Counted from the stretch's first letter, positions 29,129-39,001 are shown. The stretch is DNA of 64,000 bases from a virus (IMGVR_UViG_3300028883_000044:16793-80792); one strand, 5' to 3'. A program made the numbers and translations. The notes: a model not told the origin generated them from the letters alone.

Positions 29129-30404
29129 TCTGTTTTCAACAGATTCAGAAAATTTTGTTTTGGGAATTTTAATTAAGAATCCTGATTTAGTTTATAAAAT
29201 AAAAAACTTAGAACCCTTTATGTTTTCTTCACAGCAAAATTCTTTAATATATTCTACTATTAAGGATATGAGAGATAAAGGTTTAGTGCCAGAAGTTGAT
29301 TTAGTATTACAGCATTTAGAAAATAGTGGTAACTTAGAAAATGCAGGTGGCTCAGAATATATAAAATATTTGCATGGGTTAGATGGTATTAGTAGTAATC
29401 TACACGAATATGAAAGATATGTTGTCCAAAGTTACAAGACACGTGCACTATTAAATATATTAGGTAAATATAATACAGATATTATAGTAAAATCTAATAT
29501 AGAAAAAACTTTAAATAATTTAAAGAATAATATAGAAAAAATTTCTACTACAGCGTTTGGTGATGATACTGTTTACTTAGGAGATTTTTTACCAGAATCT
29601 TGGAAAGAGATTGTAGAAAGGGCAGAGAATCCGGGCATTCGTGGAAAGACATTTGGGTTCTCTAACTTAGATATTATAACAGGTGGTATCAGCCCGGGAG
29701 ACGTTAATCTTATAGCGGGTAGACCGTCTATGGGTAAGTCAGCTTTTATATGCAATACAATTTTACAGGGTGCTAAACAAGGGAATAGGGCTTTGATATT
29801 TTCTTTGGAAATGAATAAACAAACCCTTGTAGAAAGAATGGTTGCTATAGAGACTGGAATATCTTTATCTAACATTCGTTTAGGAAATATTAAACAAGAG
29901 GAGTTAGATAAAATATCAGAAGCTATTAATAATCTAAAAGATTTACCTATTTATATAGACGCAAATTATTTTGCTGATTTAGATTATTGGGAGAACACAA
30001 TTAGAAAGTATAAAAATATTTATGGTGTAGATGTTGTATATACAGATTATTTACAATTACTTGCCGAAAGGAATTCAGATGCTACGCAGGAACTTGGAAG
30101 AATTTCTCGTAGAGCTAAAATGTTAGCAAACGATTTAGAGTTAGGACAAATTCTATTATCCCAATTAAATCGTGAAGTAGAAAGAAGAGACGATAAACGT
30201 CCTATCTTATCTGACTTACGACAATCAGGTAATCTTGAAGAAGATGCTGATTTAGTAGCTTTTGTTTATAGGGATGAAGTCTATAATAGTACTACTAAAG
30301 ATAGAGGAATAATGGAGTTTATTATAAGAAAGCATAGAAATGGTAGGACTGGTACAATCTTTTTTAAGTTTGACCAAGAGATAACAAAGATTACAGACAT
30401 ATAG
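29121..30404 (+). CDS. dnaB: Replicative DNA helicase DnaB
   Basis: AGRPSMGKS, FSLEM, DYLQL, LSQLNR, DLRQSGNLEEDAD, KHRNG. Confidence 0.97.
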   Translation: MDNLFSTDSENFVLGILIKNPDLVYKIKNLEPFMFSSQQNSLIYSTIKDMRDKGLVPEVDLVLQHLENSGNLENAGGSEYIKYLHGLDGISSNLHEYERYVVQSYKTRALLNILGKYNTDIIVKSNIEKTLNNLKNNIEKISTTAFGDDTVYLGDFLPESWKEIVERAENPGIRGKTFGFSNLDIITGGISPGDVNLIAGRPSMGKSAFICNTILQGAKQGNRALIFSLEMNKQTLVERMVAIETGISLSNIRLGNIKQEELDKISEAINNLKDLPIYIDANYFADLDYWENTIRKYKNIYGVDVVYTDYLQLLAERNSDATQELGRISRRAKMLANDLELGQILLSQLNREVERRDDKRPILSDLRQSGNLEEDADLVAFVYRDEVYNSTTKDRGIMEFIIRKHRNGRTGTIFFKFDQEITKITDI

Positions 30405-30419
30405 GGAAGGAGGTTGCTT

Positions 30420-30848
30420 ATGGTAAATGCTAAAAGAAAGGGTAGTGCATGGGAAAGGGAAGCTGTAAAGATTTTAAATAATGCCTTTGGCGAAAGATTT
30501 AAAAGAGTTCCGGGTTCTGGTGCATTGGGTACAATGCTACACGAATCTATTTTAGTTAGTGATGTAAAAGGTAAATTTAATTTCTTACCAAGACCCATTC
30601 GTATAGAATGTAAAGTGGGCTATGGTGGAAGTAAACAGATGACAATAAAAAAAGAATGGTTAGATAAAGTAAAAGAAGAAGCCGATTCTGCATATTCTTT
30701 TTCAATGCTAATGGGTAAGTTTAGTGGTGCTAGAGAAGGCACTAAACATTTTGTTGTTATTGACTTAAATACTTTTATTGATATAATGAAGATAGCCGAA
30801 AAACAGAAAGCCATTTTAGATGAGGTATACGATGGAAAAGAAAATTGA
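30420..30848 (+). CDS. Holliday junction resolvase, Hjc/PD-(D/E)XK type
   Basis: KRKGSAWERE, RVPGSG, SDV, IECK. Confidence 0.8.
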   Translation: MVNAKRKGSAWEREAVKILNNAFGERFKRVPGSGALGTMLHESILVSDVKGKFNFLPRPIRIECKVGYGGSKQMTIKKEWLDKVKEEADSAYSFSMLMGKFSGAREGTKHFVVIDLNTFIDIMKIAEKQKAILDEVYDGKEN

Positions 30849-31245
30849 TTGGGATTCTCTTTTAACTTTTTATAAAGAAAAGCTAAATGTTCCTGAATAC
30901 ATTGTTTTTTTATTAAGTGATTATAATATTTTAACAATGTGTTGCACTGGTTTTTCTAATGAACTTATCTCTGAATTCTTAGATGTGGATGAATCTTCTG
31001 TAAAAGGTGTATTAGTTGAACATTTTGATTTCAATGGTTGGAAATTGAACCTTGACAAAAATCCTTTATTGGTGTATAATAATACTATTACAGAGATTGA
31101 GGATAATTTTTCTACTGAATTTATGGATAAATTTTATTCTAATCTAAAAGAAAATAATTTTAGCGGTGATGAATTAGAGATAGCTTATAACATCTGTAAC
31201 ATCTTAGCTAGAATAGAAAGGAATATCAATGAGTACTACTCTTGA
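30820..31245 (+). CDS. Hypothetical protein with possible HTH
   Basis: GFSNELISEFLDVDESSVK. Confidence 0.5.
   Translation: MRYTMEKKIDWDSLLTFYKEKLNVPEYIVFLLSDYNILTMCCTGFSNELISEFLDVDESSVKGVLVEHFDFNGWKLNLDKNPLLVYNNTITEIEDNFSTEFMDKFYSNLKENNFSGDELEIAYNICNILARIERNINEYYS
31052..31080 (+). promoter_or_regulatory. Internal consensus sigma70 promoter
   Basis: TTGACA-17-TATAAT. Confidence 0.7.
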
Positions 31246-31594
31246 AAAATGGTTACCAGATTTTGATGATATGTCTAAGATTGTAGAAGAATTGAGAAAC
31301 TTAGACATGCGACGTGCTTCCTTAGAGTTTCAAATTAAGAAGGGAGAAATGATTGCCTTTACAGTAGCAACAGAAGATAGTCAGTATTTTGTGGGTAATA
31401 AACCACCTTCTGCTACATATATAAATAGTAAATGGAAATACGGAGGAATCAATAATGAGTTATTACCTCTGAGAAAGGAGTTAGGTGAGTTAGAAGTAGA
31501 GATAGATAATACTAAACTTAAATTAGAAATATTACGAATGAAGATAGAAGTATGGAGAACAGTTAGTGCAAATGAGAGGTTGTCTAGATTATGA
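31229..31594 (+). CDS. Coiled-coil protein (possibly UvsY-like mediator)
   Basis: Helical hairpin pattern; recombination context. Confidence 0.4.
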   Translation: MSTTLEKWLPDFDDMSKIVEELRNLDMRRASLEFQIKKGEMIAFTVATEDSQYFVGNKPPSATYINSKWKYGGINNELLPLRKELGELEVEIDNTKLKLEILRMKIEVWRTVSANERLSRL

Positions 31595-32307
31595 ATTTAT
31601 ATTTATCAGCTTCCGCTATACAGGATTATGTTACATGTCCTAGAAGGTTTTATTATAGATTATATCATTCAAAGGAAGCAGAAAAATCTTTTGCTATGGA
31701 GTTTGGAAATTTAGGACACTTTCTAGCAGAAAAATATTTTGAATGGGAAGGTTTAGATGACCATGATAGACTTGTATTTTGTAATGAGTTTATAAAAAAT
31801 AACGAGTTACTATCACGGCTTAGCAGACAAACTGTTAATGATAAGATATTATTATATACAAAAACTTTAGGTAATTATACAGAACTTTTAGACAAAGATG
31901 ATTTGGTAGAAAAGTTTTTCAAAATTAAATATAAAGATGATTTATATTTTACAGGTAAACTTGATAGAATAAATCCTAAAACAAGAATGGTTATTGACTG
32001 GAAAACTTCTAAGAGATTACCTCCAATGTTATTTGATAATAATTTACAGTTTATATTTTATAGAAGGATGTATAAAGAATTATATGGATGTTATCCTTCT
32101 AGTATGTATTTAGTATCGCTGATAAAGCCAGCCATGCGAACGTTTAAGCCGAATGATTATTACGAAAGTGTAGTGTTTAATCAACTTATACCTTCGATTT
32201 ATAATGACTGGAAGAAAAATAGTTTCCCTAAGTTGGGCTATTTTAAAGATAAATGGATTTGCGAATATTGTTCATATAAAAACTTTTGTTCATTGAACGA
32301 GGAGTAG
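31591..32307 (+). CDS. PD-(D/E)XK exonuclease (Cas4/AddB-like)
   Basis: SAS...CPRRF, GKLDRI, IDWKT, Q..FY, CEYCSYKNFC. Confidence 0.85.
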   Translation: MNLYLSASAIQDYVTCPRRFYYRLYHSKEAEKSFAMEFGNLGHFLAEKYFEWEGLDDHDRLVFCNEFIKNNELLSRLSRQTVNDKILLYTKTLGNYTELLDKDDLVEKFFKIKYKDDLYFTGKLDRINPKTRMVIDWKTSKRLPPMLFDNNLQFIFYRRMYKELYGCYPSSMYLVSLIKPAMRTFKPNDYYESVVFNQLIPSIYNDWKKNSFPKLGYFKDKWICEYCSYKNFCSLNEE

Positions 32308-32310
32308 GAA

Positions 32311-32712
32311 ATGAGTTGGTTAGTTGAAGATTATATAATGTCTATGAATACTGTAAAGGAAGCAAGTGATTTTGAATCACAGGCATATGATGAAATAATC
32401 GCTATTGAAATGGCAATAGATGTATTATCATCCTTACATATACTAACTGACAAGGAATTGAAAGTAATAAATTTACTGAAAGAAGGTAATTTATATGCTG
32501 ATGTTGCCAGAAAATTAGGTTTAGCTAGACAAACAGTTCCTATAGTTTTTAGAAAAGCATGCAATAAAATTGCAATACATTTAGGAAAGGAATTTACAGA
32601 CGAAGGTTTTAAAGCTAAGATGATAAATAAGTATAATCTATCATCTTCTGAAATTAAAAAGATGGACAAGTATATGAATAGTAGATTTAAACACAGACTG
32701 AAAAGGAGTTAA
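32311..32712 (+). CDS. Sigma70 region 4 / LuxR-type HTH regulator
   Basis: LTDKELKVINLLKEG..YADVARKLGLARQTV...ACNKI. Confidence 0.7.
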   Translation: MSWLVEDYIMSMNTVKEASDFESQAYDEIIAIEMAIDVLSSLHILTDKELKVINLLKEGNLYADVARKLGLARQTVPIVFRKACNKIAIHLGKEFTDEGFKAKMINKYNLSSSEIKKMDKYMNSRFKHRLKRS

Positions 32713-32713
32713 T

Positions 32714-33403
32714 ATGGCTAGGAAAAAAAATAATAGTGAACCTCGATGTGTACATCGACATACAATTAAAGAACACCCCTCATGTTTTGCAAAGGGCAGA
32801 GTAAAACCAGCGAAGTTGGAATCGGGTTGTGTACCTCAAAAAGAACCTTGGTTCAAGCAAGATGATTATAGAATAGGTTATCTTGATATAGAAACTTCTA
32901 ATTTATGGGCTGACTTTGGTATTATGTTATCATGGTGTCTCAAAGAAAAAGAAGGCGAAGTATCATATGATATTATTTCAACAAAGGATATTCATAACTA
33001 TGGTAACGATAAAAGAATAGTTGAATCTCTTATTGAAGAAATGAAACGCTATGCTATTATCTGTACTTATAATGGAACACGATTTGATATACCTTTTGTA
33101 AGAACTAGAGCATTGTATCATCAAATGGACTTTTTAAATTATGGAGATATTTTCCATTGGGATTTATACTACACAGCAAAATCTAAATTAAGAATGACAA
33201 GAAAATCTTTAGATGCTGTTACAGATTTGCTTGGTATTCCAGGCAAAACTCCAGTACCTAGAGAGACTTGGAGAAAAGCACAGTATGGTCATAAGGAATC
33301 TTTACAATATGTATTAGACCATAATATTGCAGATGTAGTTATCTTAGAAGAACTTCATAATAAATTATTACCATTTAGAAAGTGGATAAGGTCAAGTATA
33401 TAA
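32714..33403 (+). CDS. DEDD/RNase H-like 3'-5' exonuclease
   Basis: LDIETS, TYNGTRFDIPF, HNIADV. Confidence 0.85.
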   Translation: MARKKNNSEPRCVHRHTIKEHPSCFAKGRVKPAKLESGCVPQKEPWFKQDDYRIGYLDIETSNLWADFGIMLSWCLKEKEGEVSYDIISTKDIHNYGNDKRIVESLIEEMKRYAIICTYNGTRFDIPFVRTRALYHQMDFLNYGDIFHWDLYYTAKSKLRMTRKSLDAVTDLLGIPGKTPVPRETWRKAQYGHKESLQYVLDHNIADVVILEELHNKLLPFRKWIRSSI

Positions 33404-33714
33404 TGAGTGAAAAAGCTGACCCTAAATTTGTAAATACAATTTTATATCACCAATATGACCCTAAAGATAAAGTATATGTTGCGTATAGTATACTAATTCT
33501 TGGAAGGAAGTCGGAAAAAGATACATGGGAATATGGTACATTTTGTGTAAGAGTTGCTCACGATAGTGTCAATGAAGCTATCGATGGTGTAAATACTGCT
33601 ACTAGAAGAAGATTTGTAGATGGTTTTGATGATAGCTTTTTTGAATATGATACCTATCCTGAAATAAGTTTTATTGAGGATTATCCTTTTGTTAATATAA
33701 ATATGGAGAAATAG
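33403..33714 (+). CDS. Hypothetical protein
   Basis: ATG overlapping upstream stop. Confidence 0.55.
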   Translation: MSEKADPKFVNTILYHQYDPKDKVYVAYSILILGRKSEKDTWEYGTFCVRVAHDSVNEAIDGVNTATRRRFVDGFDDSFFEYDTYPEISFIEDYPFVNINMEK

Positions 33715-34281
33715 GTGAATAAGAAATATATAATTTTATTAGGAGGTAAGGCAGGTGTTGGAAAGACTACTACCGCAAATATTTTGCAAAAGCTTTTTGA
33801 AGATTGTGGAGTATCTAGTTGTATTTGTAATTTTGCTAATACTCTTAAGAAAGTCGCTAAAGAATCTTTTGGATGGGATGGCGAAAAAGATGATAAAGGT
33901 AGAAGATTATTACAAGAAATAGGTAAGTGTGGTAGAAATTATTATGAAGATATTTGGGTAGATAGTATTTTGACCTCACATTTTATGGAGGATTATGATA
34001 TAATTATAATAGATGATTGGAGATTTTTAAATGAATCTACGAAGTGTAAAAATTTCCCTTATCGAAAAACTATTTTAGTTTATATTTCCGCAGAGGATAG
34101 AGAGATACTTAAAGGTACACCTGCTTATGGTGATGTTTCTGAAACATCTTTACCTGATAATACTTCAATGTTATATGATTATGTTATTTATAACTCTCTA
34201 GATAATTGTCCGAATATAGAAACTCTTGGAGAGGTTGTTGAAAAAACTGTATTCAAAAATTTAATAAAAAAAAGGAGATAA
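33715..34281 (+). CDS. Deoxynucleoside monophosphate kinase
   Basis: GKAGVGKTT, FANTLK, RRLLQEIG, DDWRFLNE, SE. Confidence 0.85.
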   Translation: MNKKYIILLGGKAGVGKTTTANILQKLFEDCGVSSCICNFANTLKKVAKESFGWDGEKDDKGRRLLQEIGKCGRNYYEDIWVDSILTSHFMEDYDIIIIDDWRFLNESTKCKNFPYRKTILVYISAEDREILKGTPAYGDVSETSLPDNTSMLYDYVIYNSLDNCPNIETLGEVVEKTVFKNLIKKRR

Positions 34282-34285
34282 TAAA

Positions 34286-34486
34286 ATGGAGTTTAAACTT
34301 TTTGATGCTACAGAAAGAGATTTTCAATACTACGATAGTGTTACAGAACACTTTTTAAATGTATTTGAGTCAGGAGATAAACAAGCTGTTATAGCTATTG
34401 GTGAAAATCAAGTTGATTTAAACAGTGAACTCGTAGAAGAATTGATTAGAGTTCTTGAAATTGCTAACAACGAGTGGTTGAAATAG
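34286..34486 (+). CDS. Hypothetical protein
   Basis: RBS; followed by terminator. Confidence 0.6.
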   Translation: MEFKLFDATERDFQYYDSVTEHFLNVFESGDKQAVIAIGENQVDLNSELVEELIRVLEIANNEWLK

Positions 34487-34491
34487 TATAA

Positions 34492-34518
34492 AGGGGAGAG
34501 TTAACTCTCCCCTATTTT
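34492..34518 (+). terminator. Rho-independent terminator
   Basis: AGGGGAGAG-ttaa-CTCTCCCCT-ATTTT. Confidence 0.7.
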
Positions 34519-34523
34519 AACTT

Positions 34524-34703
34524 ATGTCTAAGTGTAAGTATTGTTTTTCTTGTTTGTTACCTTTGTTTATAGAGAATAGTCGTTATTTATACTGTACTCT
34601 TTGTAAAAAACTTTATACTGTAAAACCGAAAGGTTATCTTAAAGAAGTTTTAGATATTGATTTAATAAATATAGCAAAAGAAAAATTTGGGAATAGGATT
34701 TAA
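34524..34703 (+). CDS. Small Cys-rich protein (59 aa)
   Basis: MSKCKYCFSC...YCTLCK; below ORF-track cutoff. Confidence 0.4.
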   Translation: MSKCKYCFSCLLPLFIENSRYLYCTLCKKLYTVKPKGYLKEVLDIDLINIAKEKFGNRI

Positions 34704-34704
34704 A

Positions 34705-34866
34705 ATGAAATTATCAAAAGCTGTAAATAGAGACAGGAAAAAATATAAAACTGCAAATGCTTCATTGGTAGATTTAAAAAATATTGAAAAGAAAAATAAA
34801 GATAAAATGCGAGATACTGATATTAAACGGGCTAGGGCGGAAAAGGAAAAGTTAATAGATAGCTAA
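34705..34866 (+). CDS. Small basic protein (53 aa)
   Basis: MKLSKAVNRDRKK...; fills gap in operon. Confidence 0.4.
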   Translation: MKLSKAVNRDRKKYKTANASLVDLKNIEKKNKDKMRDTDIKRARAEKEKLIDS

Positions 34867-34892
34867 ATTTAATATTATAGGAGGTAAGTTTT

Positions 34893-35777
34893 ATGGGCAA
34901 GTACGATAATTTGCCAAAAGGTTTTTATGTAGATTCGGAAAGTGGTGAAGTAAATTTTGCTAAAGCGAAAGAGTTAGGTTATAAATTTTGTTTAGCAAGA
35001 GCGGCGGATTGTGACCAGTTAGTTGAAGGTTCTTGGAACAACGCTTCTAATTATGTAGACCAGAAGTTTGCTGAACATGTTCAAAAAGCATATGATAACG
35101 GTTTAATTTTAGGTGCTTTGTACAGATTAGGAACTACTACTGACCACGCAGTTGATTGGAAATCTCCGGGCAACGGTTTACAAGCACAAGCTTTAAAGAA
35201 AGCTTTGGAAAATAAGACATATCATTTTATAGTTATCACAGTGCCAACAGTAAATAATACTGATGGTAATATGAAAGATTATTTATTTAATTTTTTGAAT
35301 GTATGTAGTGAAGTATTTCCAAAAGTTCCTTTAGCTGTAGGCACTTCTCCAGATGTATGGGGATATGGTAATAAACAGATAGAAAACTTTATAGGGCAAG
35401 AAGATTTTCCACATACAGTAGTTGTATTAGGTTCTAGGGATAATTTTCTTTCTCCGGGCAACCTACCTTCACAAGGGAACTTAATGTGGAACGAAGGCAA
35501 CAATGTTCGTATAGGTGATAGCAATTACTTAATGTTTTTCAGGTACATAGGTTCAGAAGGTTTACTTACAGATAGATTCGGTACACCAGTTAATTGGGAT
35601 TATATGCCGAGTACTAGTGATGAGCCTACGGAACCTGGAGACGAACCAACAGAACCTGGAGACGAACCAACAGAACCTGGCGAGTACACCGGAGATATAG
35701 CTAATGCTATAAATGATTTCAATGTTATATTTGCAGATTTTGTATCTGCATATAAAGAAGTTAATCGATTAATATAG
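34893..35777 (+). CDS. GH25 lysozyme-fold protein (endolysin-like, catalytic acids apparently missing) with DEPTEPG x3 linker
   Basis: GEVNFAKAKELGYKFCLARA...YVDQKFAEHVQKAYDNGLILGALY matches GH25 N-terminal pattern; next to holin. Confidence 0.6.
   Translation: MGKYDNLPKGFYVDSESGEVNFAKAKELGYKFCLARAADCDQLVEGSWNNASNYVDQKFAEHVQKAYDNGLILGALYRLGTTTDHAVDWKSPGNGLQAQALKKALENKTYHFIVITVPTVNNTDGNMKDYLFNFLNVCSEVFPKVPLAVGTSPDVWGYGNKQIENFIGQEDFPHTVVVLGSRDNFLSPGNLPSQGNLMWNEGNNVRIGDSNYLMFFRYIGSEGLLTDRFGTPVNWDYMPSTSDEPTEPGDEPTEPGDEPTEPGEYTGDIANAINDFNVIFADFVSAYKEVNRLI
35619..35681 (+). repeat. 3 x 21-bp tandem coding repeat (DEPTEPG)
   Basis: GACGAACCAACAGAACCTGG(A/C) x2 plus a degenerate first copy. Confidence 0.9.
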
Positions 35778-35787
35778 GAGGTAAACT

Positions 35788-36000
35788 ATGACTGTACAGA
35801 CTGCATGGGAAAAATTTAAATCCCTGTGGAGTTCTAGGAAATTTTGGGTTTTGCTAGGCTCACTTGTTACAACATGGGGTGCTTATATCCTTGGCGACTT
35901 GGATATTGTTCCTGCTGTTTACGCATCTGTAGCATCTTTCTGTCTATTCTCTACTGGAGTAGCTTTAGAGGATGCTGGTAGAAACATTGGAATGAGATAA
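35788..36000 (+). CDS. Putative holin
   Basis: SRKFW motif, two TM segments, after lysin-like gene. Confidence 0.65.
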   Translation: MTVQTAWEKFKSLWSSRKFWVLLGSLVTTWGAYILGDLDIVPAVYASVASFCLFSTGVALEDAGRNIGMR

Positions 36001-36004
36001 GCTA

Positions 36005-36024
36005 GGAGGGATTTTTTTCCCTCC
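36005..36024 (+). terminator. Stem-loop after lysis genes
   Basis: GGAGGGA...TCCCTCC. Confidence 0.45.
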
Positions 36025-36028
36025 AACT

Positions 36029-36100
36029 GCGGGAATAGTTTAGTAGGAAGAACTAGAGCTTTGTAAACTCTCAGCATGGGTTCGAATCCCATTTCCCGCT
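36029..36100 (+). tRNA. tRNA-Thr(TGT), CCA not encoded
   Basis: Acceptor GCGGGAA/TTCCCGC, D stem GTTT/GAAC, anticodon loop TT-TGT-AA (one C-A mismatch in stem), T arm ATGGG-TTCGAAT-CCCAT. Confidence 0.88.
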
Positions 36101-36125
36101 TTTATAAAAAGGAAAGGAGGAACGT

Positions 36126-36386
36126 ATGAAATATGTTAAAAAGCCTATTACTATAGAGGCTGATGTTTATGAAGAAGGTATGGAAGATGGTTTTATAACT
36201 ACAGTTTCTGGTTGTGTTACACAATATACTTCGTATAGATTAGACGAATCTTCTGTACCTTATATAGAAACTTTAGAAGGTAAGATGTTTATTAGAAAAG
36301 GTGATTATATTATTACAGGAATAGCTGGAGAAAGATACCCATGTAAGCCAGATATATTTAATAAAACTTACGAAAGGGTAGACTAA
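36126..36386 (+). CDS. Conserved phage protein (PGDYG-like)
   Basis: KKPITIEA...TLEG...GDYIITG..GE.YPCKPDIF..TYE. Confidence 0.7.
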   Translation: MKYVKKPITIEADVYEEGMEDGFITTVSGCVTQYTSYRLDESSVPYIETLEGKMFIRKGDYIITGIAGERYPCKPDIFNKTYERVD

Positions 36387-37079
36387 ATGAAATTATATCT
36401 TGATGATAATATAAAAATATTAAAAGAACTTTCAGGTATAGAAGTGGATTTAGTTTATGCTGATATGATATATGAAGATTCTAATTTTGAATGGGTAGAT
36501 TATTGTGAAAATATTTTAAAAGATTCTGGTATATTTATAGTTCAAACAGATTATCATACAGTAGCTGAAATGAAACTATATTTAGATAAGCTTTTCGGTA
36601 AAGATAATTTTATTAACTGGTTAATTTATAAACAGGAATGGGGAGGAGTATCTAAAAAATACTTTCCTAGAAAGCATGATGACATACTTGTTTATTATAA
36701 AGGAAATAGGTATAATTTTTACCCTGAGAGAATTATGATACCTAAAAAGACAGCAGGCACGGGATTAGATAAAAATAATAAAAGTTTAAAAATTCCCTGT
36801 GATGTCTTTGACGACCTAGGGAATTTTTCTACTATTGCAAAAGAAAGAGTTAAGTGGTATAATGGTAAAAACATTCAATGGCAAAAACCATTAAAGCTTA
36901 TGGAGAGGTTGTTATTACCTTTTACAATTGAAAATGATTTAGTATTAGACCCTTTTATGGGAAGTGGTACTACAGGTGTATGGTGTATAAATAACAATAG
37001 GAATTTTATTGGGATAGAAAATGATCCCGATGTTTATAAGATAGCAGAAGAAAGATTGAATAAAGGAAAGGAGTATTAA
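36387..37079 (+). CDS. DNA methyltransferase, beta class, atypical motif IV (DMIY)
   Basis: DLVYADMIY, QKPLKLMERL, LDPFMGSGTTG. Confidence 0.85.
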   Translation: MKLYLDDNIKILKELSGIEVDLVYADMIYEDSNFEWVDYCENILKDSGIFIVQTDYHTVAEMKLYLDKLFGKDNFINWLIYKQEWGGVSKKYFPRKHDDILVYYKGNRYNFYPERIMIPKKTAGTGLDKNNKSLKIPCDVFDDLGNFSTIAKERVKWYNGKNIQWQKPLKLMERLLLPFTIENDLVLDPFMGSGTTGVWCINNNRNFIGIENDPDVYKIAEERLNKGKEY

Positions 37080-37502
37080 ATGGGACATAATAGTTTTATA
37101 CCTTATAATATATATTTATCCGGCGGTATGAAATCAAACTGGCAGGATAAAATTATTGAAGCATTATCAGATATTAATGCTAGAATTAAATTTATTGATC
37201 CTCGAAAGAACGGTTTAAAAAATCCTGTTAGTTATACTTATTGGGATATTAATTCTATTAGGAATAGTGATATTATATTTGCATACCTTGAATCTGATAA
37301 CCCTTCTGGTTTAGGTTTAGCCACAGAAGTGGGATATGGTGCAGGTTTTGGGTGCTTAACTATATTTATAAATGAGAAATCTAAAGATAAGCATACCCAT
37401 TTTATAGAGGAAGTAGCAACACTTTCTTATAGAGATTTAAATGAAGGTATTGCTATGCTTAAAAATATATGTGAGAATGGTTTAGTGAGAGGTATAAGAT
37501 GA
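37080..37502 (+). CDS. Nucleoside 2-deoxyribosyltransferase-like protein
   Basis: IYLSGGM..WQ, DPR, WD...I..SD, GLATEVGY. Confidence 0.75.
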   Translation: MGHNSFIPYNIYLSGGMKSNWQDKIIEALSDINARIKFIDPRKNGLKNPVSYTYWDINSIRNSDIIFAYLESDNPSGLGLATEVGYGAGFGCLTIFINEKSKDKHTHFIEEVATLSYRDLNEGIAMLKNICENGLVRGIR

Positions 37503-37738
37503 TACTATATATTGTTGAATATATTATTGCAATTATTATAGCAGTTATTATTGCAATTATTATAGATAAAGCAAACGATCGTAAATTTATTGAAGAAGAA
37601 AAAAACAATTTAGATGAAGGAAAAATAGTCTTGACAAAAGAAGAATATCGTAGTATACTAAAAGAAAGACAGAAATATCTGTTGGCTTATTATAAATTAT
37701 CGGATATGTTGATTGAGGAAAGGAATAAGAAAAATTAA
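37499..37738 (+). CDS. Small single-TM protein
   Basis: N-terminal hydrophobic helix. Confidence 0.55.
   Translation: MILYIVEYIIAIIIAVIIAIIIDKANDRKFIEEEKNNLDEGKIVLTKEEYRSILKERQKYLLAYYKLSDMLIEERNKKN
37631..37659 (+). promoter_or_regulatory. Internal sigma70 promoter upstream of primase
   Basis: TTGACA-17-TATACT. Confidence 0.65.
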
Positions 37739-37739
37739 T

Positions 37740-38639
37740 ATGAATAGTATTTTAGAAAAGGTAATAAGTGAAGATTACGAATTAGTAGGTAATGGTAGAT
37801 GGTTACGTACTGTAGAACATGATTCACTTATTATTGATTCTAAAAAGCAACTTTTCTTTTGGAACTCTAAGGATTTAGCTGGTGATGCTTATACTTGGCT
37901 AATAAAAGTTAAAGGTTACAATAATAAAGAAGCTAAAAAAAGAATATCAGAATTAAAAGATTCTGATATTATAACTGTAAGAAGTTTTACAATCAAGGGA
38001 AAAAAAGAAGATGTTGTTGTATGTGAAGATTTGGTAGATGTTTTTTGGAGTAATGGGAAACATAAAGGTAATAGAGATTACTGGTATAAGAGAGAAATCT
38101 TTGATACTACTATTGACAGATTTAGATTAGGACATTATAATGGGTGGTATACTATCCCTATATATCAGGATAATGAATTTAAAAACTTTCAAATAAGACG
38201 GGATTTACCAGAGAAGAAAATAAAATCTTGGTATAGAGGAGTAGGACCACTCTTATTTAATTCTAGTATATTGAATTGGATTTCTACAGTTTATATAACA
38301 GAAGGATTAACAGATTGTCTAATTTTAAATCAAGCAGGGTTACCAGCTATTTCTCACAATACAGGTGCAGGTGGTTGGATGCCACAGTGGTTTAAATATT
38401 TTATAAAGCTAAAAGAAATTTATGTAGTATATGATAATGATGAAGCAGGAATAAAAGGAAGTAAATTTGTTGCAGAAAATTTAGGAGTATACCGTACTAA
38501 AATTTTTACATTCGAAGGTTTCGGAGAAAAATATGATATAAATAAATACTTTTTAGATGGTGGTAATAAGGAAGATTTTAGGAAATTAGTTTTAGAAAAA
38601 TCTAAATATAGCTTTGCTATGGAAAGGAGAATATTATAA
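37740..38639 (+). CDS. DNA primase (DnaG-like TOPRIM)
   Basis: ITEGLTDCL, YDNDEAG, KYDINKY. Confidence 0.85.
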   Translation: MNSILEKVISEDYELVGNGRWLRTVEHDSLIIDSKKQLFFWNSKDLAGDAYTWLIKVKGYNNKEAKKRISELKDSDIITVRSFTIKGKKEDVVVCEDLVDVFWSNGKHKGNRDYWYKREIFDTTIDRFRLGHYNGWYTIPIYQDNEFKNFQIRRDLPEKKIKSWYRGVGPLLFNSSILNWISTVYITEGLTDCLILNQAGLPAISHNTGAGGWMPQWFKYFIKLKEIYVVYDNDEAGIKGSKFVAENLGVYRTKIFTFEGFGEKYDINKYFLDGGNKEDFRKLVLEKSKYSFAMERRIL

Positions 38640-39001
38640 TGAAAGAGGCGAGGAAAAATGTTAATGGTTTTACAGTAAAACTTTGGAGAGGTAAGGAAAA
38701 GTATTGTTTTTTATTTTCTGAGGGAAGTTTTTGGGATGATACTTCAAGAGAATTAAAGGATGCTACTCTCTGTTCATTTAATTATAAAGATTTGCTTGTT
38801 AATAAAGGTCATCTTATTTCAACTATGGCTATCAGAAATCCAAAAGATAAACCTGATACTTATACAGGACAAAAAGTTGCTTTGCGTAGATTATTAAATG
38901 CTATACATAATCTATATACGGAAGAAGATTTGCAAATTATTTGGAAAAAATTCTTCAGTCTTTGGGGCAGAGATGAAAGGGGAGAAAAAGTTGAGAAATA
39001 A
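38639..39001 (+). CDS. Hypothetical phage protein
   Basis: AIRNPKDKPDTYTGQKVALRRL pattern. Confidence 0.6.
   Translation: MKEARKNVNGFTVKLWRGKEKYCFLFSEGSFWDDTSRELKDATLCSFNYKDLLVNKGHLISTMAIRNPKDKPDTYTGQKVALRRLLNAIHNLYTEEDLQIIWKKFFSLWGRDERGEKVEK

Noticed and set aside
36126-36386. Assignment as a specific anti-defence nucleotide sponge
   Set aside because: Recognisable only as a widespread small phage family; I cannot tie it to a named Tad/Acb protein without a search
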